DNA of 64,000 nt, taken from positions 96,001-160,000 of the forward strand of contig JANQNK010000020.1 of NCBI GenBank assembly GCA_028279595.1. Reading direction: 5' to 3'. Positions 54,250 to 62,457 of this stretch are shown one piece after another. The position numbers were made by a program, and so were the translations under genes. The stretch comes from Thermoplasmatota archaeon (GTDB lineage Archaea > Thermoplasmatota > JAKEGO01). Below the pieces are notes generated by a model. That model was not told where the DNA came from, did no database searches, and saw only the letters and a list, made by a program, of their open reading frames with translations. Positions within the stretch are counted from its first letter, which is position 1, and the number at the start of each line of letters is the position of its first letter.

Positions 54250-56838
54250 ATGCGAGGTATCCCAGTTGTTGTAATGATGGCAGTAGCCTTGATTATCGTC
54301 GTAGGGTCGGCCACAGCCGCTACCCATACCGTTGATGATGATTGGGGCGGAGCGGACTTCTCCACGATTCAGGACGCGGTCAACGGGTCCTCCGACGGGG
54401 ACGTCATACTGGTCTATGCCGGGTACTACGATGAGATCGTGACCGTGGACGTCGAGGTGACCATCCGCGGGAACGGATCCACCGTGACCCAGGTGGACGC
54501 AGCGAACAGGACAGGTTTCAACGTCACTGCGAGGAACGTCTCGATCGAGGACCTCGAGATCGACGACTGCAGCTTCGGGGTGAACTCGACCGCACTTGGC
54601 CTGTCGGTGGAAAGGGTACTCATCAACTCCAACAACGAGGGAGTCCATCTGTGGCTCCACGACAAGGGGAACAACCTGACGGACTCCCAGTCCTTCATTG
54701 TCGGCGACACGATGGTCTCGAACTGCGATATCAGTGCCGTCGGGGACGCGATATATCTCGACGCCCGGTACTGGGGTTACGGTCTTGAGGACAGTGCCAA
54801 TGTCCAGATCGGAGCATTCATCTTCTATGGCAACGAGATCGACGCGGAGGATGGTATATGGCTACGGAACGTTCGTAAGTTCGGATACCGGATGAATTTC
54901 GCGACCAGCTTCGAATGGGACGGGATCCAGATCAACGGCAATGACATAAATGTGACCGATGACGGGGTGAACAGTTCCTACAGGTCCATGGGATACTGGG
55001 GCCGCAACATGGAGGACAACTCATCCTTTACGATGGGGGACCTCGAATTCAGGGACAACTCGATCACCACAATGGGGGATGGGTTCCACGTTCGGGCTTT
55101 CAGGTATGTCGGGAGTTACCTGTATGACGACGCGGTCGTAACGTGCGGCGACATCATCCTGGCAGACAACTTCGTGAACGCCAGCACCAACGAATCGGAC
55201 CATGCGATCAGGATGGATGGATACTACCGTTTCGGCGTTTATCTGTACAATCGATCGTCCGTGACCGGCGGCATGTTCCAGCTGAACGGCAACACCGTGA
55301 ACTGCTCGAGCAACCGCGCGATCCTCATGGACAATCTCCAGTACTTCGGCTACCAGATGTTTCACAGGTCGTCCGTGACCTACGGAGATATCGAGTTCAA
55401 CGACAACGTCGTCTACGCTATCGATCCGTACGGCGATTGGACACGGGCGTTGGTTGTCGACGGGATCGGCGATATCGGCAGCCATTGTTACAACGATACC
55501 TCAGTAACCGTCGGGAACATTTACATCATGAGGAATGTCCTGGAATCGAAGTACGAGGCCCTGGAGATCGACTCCACCAGCCTTTGGGGATGGTATTCAG
55601 AGGGTGTCGATCTCCGGATCGGGAACTTCACCGTCAGCCAGAACATCATCACCTCCCACGAAGGGGACGGGATCGAGCACGGCAACTTCTACGGCCACGC
55701 CCGACAGTGCTCGGGCGGAACCATCGAGATCGGATGGTTCGAGTATTCCAGGAACAACATCACTGCTGCTTCACGCGGGATAGAGATCACCAACCATCGA
55801 TTGCGCGCATATGACTTGGACGGAGGCAGCGATGTCACTCTCGGCGGCATGACCATCAGATGGAACAACATATCGTCGGAAGGTGACGGCATCTTCTTCC
55901 GGGGCAGGAACAGTGGGTCTTTCGGGAACACCCTCACCGGCTATGTGAAGGTCAATATCGGGGCCTACCGGATCATGGACAACAACATCGATTCCGTCGT
56001 CGGCAACGGGGTCAACCTGACGGCCCAGAAGATGGGGTCGAACCTGGCGAACGGATCTTCGGTGGAAATGGGCCCCTTCGTTGTGTCGGGGAACAGCTTC
56101 GTCAACGGTTCGGGCATAGTCATCTACAAGACGATCTACAACGGAAGGAACGTCTCTGCCTTCTCGAACTTCACCTGGCCCGGAGTGTTCGTCACGGACA
56201 ACGTTGCCAACGTGGATGATATGGGCATATGGTTGCTGAACACGGATAACGTCACTGTCACAGGTAACGAAGCCATGAACGGCGGAGCGATCATCATGAT
56301 CTCGAACTCGACGAACGCGACCGTATCCGGGAACATCATGCGTTTCTCCAGCGTCGGTCTCTACATGAACGAATCCAGCTTCTGCATGGTGGAGAACAAT
56401 ACCGCTCGGAACAATTCGTACGGGATCTATCTGGTCGAATCCGATACGAACACGATAATCTACAATGAGGTGTACCACAACTCGAACTACGGATGCAACC
56501 TACTCCTTTGCGACAACAACACCATCCATCACAACAACTTCATCAACAACAATGGGAACACCAGTCAGGGATATGATTCAAGGGACACCAACCAGTGGCA
56601 CAACGGAACCCATGGCAATTACTGGTCCGATTACAACGGAACCGATTCGAACGCGGACGGCATCGGAGACACCTCATACGATCTCGCGGGTCATGTGGAT
56701 GCGGAGGATCCGTATCCATTGATGAACATGACGTCGAACAGCGTTCCGGAACCGATACCCGAGTTCGCGGTCATGACGGTGATGGCCGTTACGTTCGTGA
56801 TGGTCGCCGCCGTGTTCAGGCGCCGGCGGCTCATCTGA
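54250..56838 (+). CDS. Beta-helix surface glycoprotein with about 40-aa repeats, PEF-CTERM
   Basis: VDDD..ADFSTIQDAV, repeats, GNYWSDY, IPEF-TM-RRRR. Confidence 0.88.
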   Translation: MRGIPVVVMMAVALIIVVGSATAATHTVDDDWGGADFSTIQDAVNGSSDGDVILVYAGYYDEIVTVDVEVTIRGNGSTVTQVDAANRTGFNVTARNVSIEDLEIDDCSFGVNSTALGLSVERVLINSNNEGVHLWLHDKGNNLTDSQSFIVGDTMVSNCDISAVGDAIYLDARYWGYGLEDSANVQIGAFIFYGNEIDAEDGIWLRNVRKFGYRMNFATSFEWDGIQINGNDINVTDDGVNSSYRSMGYWGRNMEDNSSFTMGDLEFRDNSITTMGDGFHVRAFRYVGSYLYDDAVVTCGDIILADNFVNASTNESDHAIRMDGYYRFGVYLYNRSSVTGGMFQLNGNTVNCSSNRAILMDNLQYFGYQMFHRSSVTYGDIEFNDNVVYAIDPYGDWTRALVVDGIGDIGSHCYNDTSVTVGNIYIMRNVLESKYEALEIDSTSLWGWYSEGVDLRIGNFTVSQNIITSHEGDGIEHGNFYGHARQCSGGTIEIGWFEYSRNNITAASRGIEITNHRLRAYDLDGGSDVTLGGMTIRWNNISSEGDGIFFRGRNSGSFGNTLTGYVKVNIGAYRIMDNNIDSVVGNGVNLTAQKMGSNLANGSSVEMGPFVVSGNSFVNGSGIVIYKTIYNGRNVSAFSNFTWPGVFVTDNVANVDDMGIWLLNTDNVTVTGNEAMNGGAIIMISNSTNATVSGNIMRFSSVGLYMNESSFCMVENNTARNNSYGIYLVESDTNTIIYNEVYHNSNYGCNLLLCDNNTIHHNNFINNNGNTSQGYDSRDTNQWHNGTHGNYWSDYNGTDSNADGIGDTSYDLAGHVDAEDPYPLMNMTSNSVPEPIPEFAVMTVMAVTFVMVAAVFRRRRLI

Positions 56839-56952
56839 GATGATCATAGGTCGATATCACCTGGCGACCGGAGGTCGTGTTCCAGATCCTCACAGCCTTA
56901 CGATTAGGGTTAAATAGCCACATCTGGATTCGCTATCGCAGGAGGATCAAGC

Positions 56953-59900
56953 ATGAGGATGTGGATATTCGGATTAATGATTGTGCTAGCCATGGGTCTT
57001 GCGGGCATATCTGCCGCGGAGGACATCTACGTAGATGACGACAACACGGGAGACCCGTTGATGGACGGTGGACTCGACAATCCATATGACACGATACAGC
57101 GCGGGATCGATAACGGGACCACGGACGACGTGATCCATGTATGGGCTGGGACCTATTACGAGGAGGTCATCGTGAACATGGAGGGCCTGACCCTGATCGG
57201 GAACGGGACCGATGCGACCTACGTCAACGGTAGTTACGGCAACGACACGATATGGGTCCAGGACAACGGATGCTCACTGTCCGGTTTCAATATCAGCGCG
57301 AGCGGGACAGGCAACCACGATGCGGGATTACACTTTTCCAGCGTCGACGGTCTGGACATAGATAATTGTTCCTTCATGTGGAACATGGACGGGGTCTACG
57401 GAGGCGATTCAAACTGGGTCAATTTCACATCCTGCTATTTTGCCAACAACTCGGATTACGGCCTCTTCTCCGGCGGCGACATCTGGTTGAACATCACATG
57501 GAGCACCTTCGAGTGGAACGACCTCAGCGGCGTCTACATCGGGTCCAACACCGACGATGTCGTCATCGGCAACTGCACCTTCGAGAACAACAACCAGGCC
57601 CCCAACGAGTATCAGGGAGGCATCTCGGGTGACTACAATGACAGGGTGATCATCGAGGATTGCTACCTCAGGGACAACCCGAAGTACGGCATCCACATGA
57701 ACTACGCCGACAACTGGACCGTCCGAAACAACGACATCGTCTTCAATTGCGGAGGCGTCGCTGGACTCTCGATATACAGGTCCACCGGCGTGTGGGTGTA
57801 CGGGAACAACATCTCGAACAGCACCGGGGACGGTATCGAGAACTACGATTCCTCCTGGATATGGATACACAACAACACGATCAACGGCAATGTCATGCAG
57901 ACGAGAGATGCCGGGATAATGTGCCGGGGTACGAATGCCCACAATATCACCATCGTTGACAACAAGATCAACTGGAACGATGGTGACGGCATCTACATGC
58001 ACAGTGGACCTGACGACACCCTGGTCGCTCGTAACGACATAAGGAACAACAAGGACAACGGCGTTCAGATCAGCCAGGGGGTCAGGCATTTCGTTATTGA
58101 CAACATCATCGTCCTGAACGGTGAGTTCGGGGTCCAGTACAGCGAGGTATGGTATGGAGCCATCACAGGGAACGAGATCTCTGACAATTTGGGCTATGGT
58201 GTATCTCTCGGTCTCTGCGCGGACAACGACATCGTCGGGAACAACTTCTTCGACAACGTCGGAACGTCATCGCAGGCATACGACGACTCGATGGACAACT
58301 ACTGGGACGACACTTGGGACGAGGGCAATTACTGGTCCGATTACGGAGGAGCCGACGACAACAAGGACGGCATCGGAGATACGAACTACACCATCGATGG
58401 TAACAATTCCGCGGACAACTACCCGCTGATGGAGGTTAACGGTTCCTTCGGATACATGCCGTACATCGTCGATGACGATGCTGGTTCATGGGCTGACTAC
58501 TCGTCGATCCAGGATGCGATCAATGCATCCGAGGACGGACGGACCATCCATGTCTATGCGGGTGATTACTACGGCGACCTGATGGTGAACAAGACGGGGC
58601 TGACACTTGTCGGGAACGGTACCACCGAATCGACGATCGAGGGCGAGTTCGATGGTCCCACGGTGACACTGGCGAACAATTCGATACGTCTGTCCAACCT
58701 CGGGATGAGCATCGGGGACTACAGCGAAGGCGTGGTCGATAACTGGCGTTACTACAGCACCATCGATAATTGTTCGTTCTTCGATTTCTACGGCTACGGA
58801 TATACCGGGGGCGATTGGGCGACGATCGACAACTGCACCTTCGACAACGGGTCCACAGGAATCTATCTCTTCAATGACGATAACAACGCTGTCAAGAATT
58901 GCGTCATGACGAACATTACCGACGAGAGCGTTATGATCTATTACTCGTCCTCCGCTTCTGTCACGATGTGCTCCCTCGACTGGGGTGGGATCGTGATCGG
59001 CGGGAACTCCGCGAACGACTTCGCCACCCACACGATAGAATCGACCACCGTGAACGGAGATCCCGTGGGATATTACAAGAATATCGACAACTCGTCGGTC
59101 GCTACCGGATATTCCCAGGTCATATTGGCGACCTGCCAGGACATGGAGGTCTCGGGCCTCTCGTTCTCCGATGTCGGTACTGGCGTCCAGGTACTCGGCT
59201 CCGATCGGGTCAACGTCACGGATTGTGATTTCGATAATGTCGAAGATGCGGTCTACATCTCCCATTCGGACAATGTCACGGTCGCAGACTCGGTCGCGAC
59301 CAACATCCTTGACCATGGTTTCTCCACACAACAGGGGTCCGACATTACCTTCCGCAACATCACCGCATCCCCCGAGACCTCTGGTTCGACTACCGGTATC
59401 CATCTGAACTGGGGAAGCAGGATCACGGTGGAGGACTGCATGCTCTCCGGATTCAGCCGTGGCAGTTTCTCGTTCATCATCGACAACTCCTCTTTCACGA
59501 ACTGTACCTACTTCGAATGCAGTCAAGGCCAATTCCTTCGCAACTCGGAGAACCTCACTATAGACAAGTGCAACTTCTCCGATTCACAGAGTTACGCAAT
59601 GAGATACGACAACATCCATGGAACGGTCATGAACAGCTCGTTCTCGCGCGGTGATTTCAACAGCGTACGGCTCGAGGACTGCGAGAACATGACGTTCATG
59701 TACAACGAGTTCTTCGACAACGACGGATATGCCTTCTATCTGGACAACAGCGTGAACAACTCGATCCACCACAACAACTTCAGGGACAACAATGGAGCCC
59801 TGGGTCAGGCATTGGACAACGACGGCAACAACACCTGGGACGATGGAGTATCAGAAGGCAATTACTGGTCCGACTGGAATGGGACCGGAACATACGACGT

Positions 59901-60054
59901 GGGCGGTTCGGACAACGCAGTGGACAGATATCCACTGGGAAACCAGACGAACACGAGCGCTCCGGAGAAGATACCCGAGTTCGCGATGGTGACGGTGCTC
60001 TCGTTCACTGTCGTAGTCTTCGCCGCCGTGTTCAGGCGCCGGCGGCTCAGATGA
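56953..60054 (+). CDS. Tandem two-module NosD/CASH beta-helix surface glycoprotein, PEF-CTERM
   Basis: Two beta-helix modules each ending in GNYWSD; IPEF-TM-RRRR. Confidence 0.88.
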   Translation: MRMWIFGLMIVLAMGLAGISAAEDIYVDDDNTGDPLMDGGLDNPYDTIQRGIDNGTTDDVIHVWAGTYYEEVIVNMEGLTLIGNGTDATYVNGSYGNDTIWVQDNGCSLSGFNISASGTGNHDAGLHFSSVDGLDIDNCSFMWNMDGVYGGDSNWVNFTSCYFANNSDYGLFSGGDIWLNITWSTFEWNDLSGVYIGSNTDDVVIGNCTFENNNQAPNEYQGGISGDYNDRVIIEDCYLRDNPKYGIHMNYADNWTVRNNDIVFNCGGVAGLSIYRSTGVWVYGNNISNSTGDGIENYDSSWIWIHNNTINGNVMQTRDAGIMCRGTNAHNITIVDNKINWNDGDGIYMHSGPDDTLVARNDIRNNKDNGVQISQGVRHFVIDNIIVLNGEFGVQYSEVWYGAITGNEISDNLGYGVSLGLCADNDIVGNNFFDNVGTSSQAYDDSMDNYWDDTWDEGNYWSDYGGADDNKDGIGDTNYTIDGNNSADNYPLMEVNGSFGYMPYIVDDDAGSWADYSSIQDAINASEDGRTIHVYAGDYYGDLMVNKTGLTLVGNGTTESTIEGEFDGPTVTLANNSIRLSNLGMSIGDYSEGVVDNWRYYSTIDNCSFFDFYGYGYTGGDWATIDNCTFDNGSTGIYLFNDDNNAVKNCVMTNITDESVMIYYSSSASVTMCSLDWGGIVIGGNSANDFATHTIESTTVNGDPVGYYKNIDNSSVATGYSQVILATCQDMEVSGLSFSDVGTGVQVLGSDRVNVTDCDFDNVEDAVYISHSDNVTVADSVATNILDHGFSTQQGSDITFRNITASPETSGSTTGIHLNWGSRITVEDCMLSGFSRGSFSFIIDNSSFTNCTYFECSQGQFLRNSENLTIDKCNFSDSQSYAMRYDNIHGTVMNSSFSRGDFNSVRLEDCENMTFMYNEFFDNDGYAFYLDNSVNNSIHHNNFRDNNGALGQALDNDGNNTWDDGVSEGNYWSDWNGTGTYDVGGSDNAVDRYPLGNQTNTSAPEKIPEFAMVTVLSFTVVVFAAVFRRRRLR

Positions 60055-60535
60055 AACGCTGGAACCAGACCTGATCGACGTCCTCGCCGAACTTCCGGCA
60101 GACGCGTTCGAAGCGTCCCACCTCGTGGAAGCCGTTGTTCAGATGGAACCGGAGAGAACCTTCATTGTGAGCGGACGCCATCGCGATCAGGTTGTCCATC
60201 CCAAGCTCCTTAGCCCGGTCGAGTAGAACGTCCAACATGTCCGTTCCCGCACCGTTGCCGCAGTGGTCGGGATGGAGGAAGTAGCCGACCATCCCGGTCC
60301 GGTCCAGGGTGGACAGCGGATAGTATTGCTGGACGAAACCGAAACCGACGACATCCCCCTCATGGACTACGACCATGACCGGATACTTCTCGGCCGTCTT
60401 GAGGAAATGGTCTGTGAAATCCTTTCCCACCGGGACCTCCGGGAATGCGGCGAACGACGTCTCGACGTAGTGGTTGAAGATCCCGAGCACCGCGGGGACA
60501 TCCCCCTCCTCGATCGGACGGAACGCGTAGGTCAT
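60047..60535 (-). CDS. GNAT acetyltransferase (phosphinothricin/YncA-like)
   Basis: IFNHYV..S.A.F, GNGAG, NEGSLRFH..GF..VG, KFG. Confidence 0.88.
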   Translation of the reverse strand: MTYAFRPIEEGDVPAVLGIFNHYVETSFAAFPEVPVGKDFTDHFLKTAEKYPVMVVVHEGDVVGFGFVQQYYPLSTLDRTGMVGYFLHPDHCGNGAGTDMLDVLLDRAKELGMDNLIAMASAHNEGSLRFHLNNGFHEVGRFERVCRKFGEDVDQVWFQRFI

Positions 60536-60629
60536 GATATCGTTCCCGCTATGTCACTGGAGAGCAAAAGGGTTACCATCCACCCTGTTGGTGATTTTTG
60601 ACAAAAACCTTATATCTAATGACAAACAA

Positions 60630-61292
60630 ATGAAAAATATAGCGAAAAAAAAGCGGAGGAATGATATTATTCCAAGAAAGAAGGATGAGCATCAGAAACA
60701 GGACTATTCCGGCCTGTTCCGGAAGGAGATCGATCTCTATCATCTCCTGGTCCTCAGGGAGGGAGCGAAGCACGGGTTCAAGACCCACGACGGGATCTCA
60801 ATGCAGCAGATAGCCAAGGAGATTGGGATCGTCACGAACACCGCCACCGCCCGGGCGAAGTCGTTGAAATCGTACGAGATAACGGACCACAGCACGGCCG
60901 TAGACCTTTTCAAGCTCTTCCCGTGCCACTGCATCATCTTTCTGAAGTACCCCGAGCCCAAGTCATACGACAAGAAGGACCGGACCGAGATCACCAAGGA
61001 GATCATCGACTACGTCCACAAGCTCGAGAACAGGAAGGTGTACATCTCACGCGGGTTCAACATAACGGGATGGCCCTGGGACATGGTCCTCGAGGTCCAT
61101 GCGTTCAATTACTCCGAGATAGCCTCCATGGTCGTCGACGACATCTATCACAAGTTCAACATCTCCGAGACGCAGACGTCTCAGATATTCAATTACGAGA
61201 TCACTCCGACGGTCGAACTGCTTGACCAGTTGATAACGGACCTAACAACGCAGAGGAACAACAACAACCATCGGTACCTTGAGAACACCTGA
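60630..61292 (+). CDS. Divergent Lrp/AsnC-like regulator
   Basis: ISMQQIAKEIGI..TA.AR..L HTH; ITG..WD..L C-terminal RAM-like motif; start uncertain. Confidence 0.6.
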   Translation: MKNIAKKKRRNDIIPRKKDEHQKQDYSGLFRKEIDLYHLLVLREGAKHGFKTHDGISMQQIAKEIGIVTNTATARAKSLKSYEITDHSTAVDLFKLFPCHCIIFLKYPEPKSYDKKDRTEITKEIIDYVHKLENRKVYISRGFNITGWPWDMVLEVHAFNYSEIASMVVDDIYHKFNISETQTSQIFNYEITPTVELLDQLITDLTTQRNNNNHRYLENT

Positions 61293-61327
61293 AGCCTTTT
61301 ACCAACAGACACCGATGGTCGGATGAT

Positions 61328-61939
61328 ATGTCCAAGCGAAAGGACGATCGTGTGAACATCCAGACACCACCCATAGTATGGGGTGATCCCTCAGAGAGCT
61401 ACCGCTGGGCCGTCGCGTCCGCCGAGGCCAAGAAGAAGAGCAAGAGGTGGAAGCACAGGCAGCCGGAAACGGTCGATTCCCCAAGGATAGCGATCTTCCT
61501 CGATACCAAGAAGAGGATGGTCCGAAAGGGTCTTTCAAGATTGATCGGGAAAGGCTGGATCGAGGACTCGATCGAAGTTCGGCAGAGCGTCGAGATCGTT
61601 TTAAGGGGTCTGGCGTTCGCCAAGTTCAAGAACGTCGTCAACCTTGTCCTGGACGGCCAACAGGTGTATTCCGCTCCGGATGAGAGGAAGGACGTCCATC
61701 ACGTCATCGACCTATTCCATGAGGAATTCGCCGATGCTGAGTTCGATGAAGCCACCATCGAATCCGCACTCTACGGAAAGAAGAGCAGTCATGTTCATAT
61801 CTCGGTCAGGAATCGATATCGCTCTGACGAATCCCCGATACTCATCAAATTCGATGGAGAGATCGAGCTGAGGCAATTGAACTCTTTCAGCAACTACTTG
61901 GAGAAACATCTAGATATCTTAGATGAAGAAGGTCGTTGA
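61328..61939 (+). CDS. Hypothetical protein
   Basis: 203-aa ORF filling the gap, coding-like. Confidence 0.6.
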   Translation: MSKRKDDRVNIQTPPIVWGDPSESYRWAVASAEAKKKSKRWKHRQPETVDSPRIAIFLDTKKRMVRKGLSRLIGKGWIEDSIEVRQSVEIVLRGLAFAKFKNVVNLVLDGQQVYSAPDERKDVHHVIDLFHEEFADAEFDEATIESALYGKKSSHVHISVRNRYRSDESPILIKFDGEIELRQLNSFSNYLEKHLDILDEEGR

Positions 61940-62416
61940 TCATCGCCCGAAGATCCCGCTAAGGAAACCGCCCCTTCTTCGTGCGCGCTCCTTCTTCTCG
62001 TACTCCTCGTACCGCTCCTGTTCCTTGGCCTCCATGTCGCCCTCGAAGCCGGCTTTTGACGTCTCCTTCAGGTCCTCCAGTTCACCGGCGTCCAACCACA
62101 CCCCGTGACAGGTCAGACAGACGTCCACCTCGACGTCCTCCGCCTTCTCGAGGTCCATCAGTCCGCCGCATCTGGGGCAGACGAGCTTCGACTGTGTCTT
62201 GGTGCCGATGTCCTTGGTGAGATAATCCGTGAGACTCTTGTCCCCGATGATCTTCTTCAGTTCGCCAGTGTCGAGCCACATGCCCCCGCACTTCGGGCAG
62301 ACGTCCACTGTGACATTCCGCCCGATGACCTCCACCTCTTCCTGTTCCATCCTGGTGAAGTCCCGGGGGCAGTCCAGTCCGCGGCCCATGTAATCCTTCT
62401 TGAGCTTGCTCATCAT
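61940..62416 (-). CDS. zf-TFIIB-like double zinc-finger protein
   Basis: CPRD..VDVCPKCGGMWLDTGEL and CPRC..VDVCLTCHGVWLDAGEL. Confidence 0.88.
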   Translation of the reverse strand: MMSKLKKDYMGRGLDCPRDFTRMEQEEVEVIGRNVTVDVCPKCGGMWLDTGELKKIIGDKSLTDYLTKDIGTKTQSKLVCPRCGGLMDLEKAEDVEVDVCLTCHGVWLDAGELEDLKETSKAGFEGDMEAKEQERYEEYEKKERARRRGGFLSGIFGR

Positions 62417-62457
62417 GATCACACTCTGAGATATCGTCCTAGACGACCTCACCGAAC

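Noticed and set aside
51467-60054. Diversity-generating retroelement acting on surface genes
   Set aside because: No reverse transcriptase and no template/variable repeat pair differing only at adenines was seen
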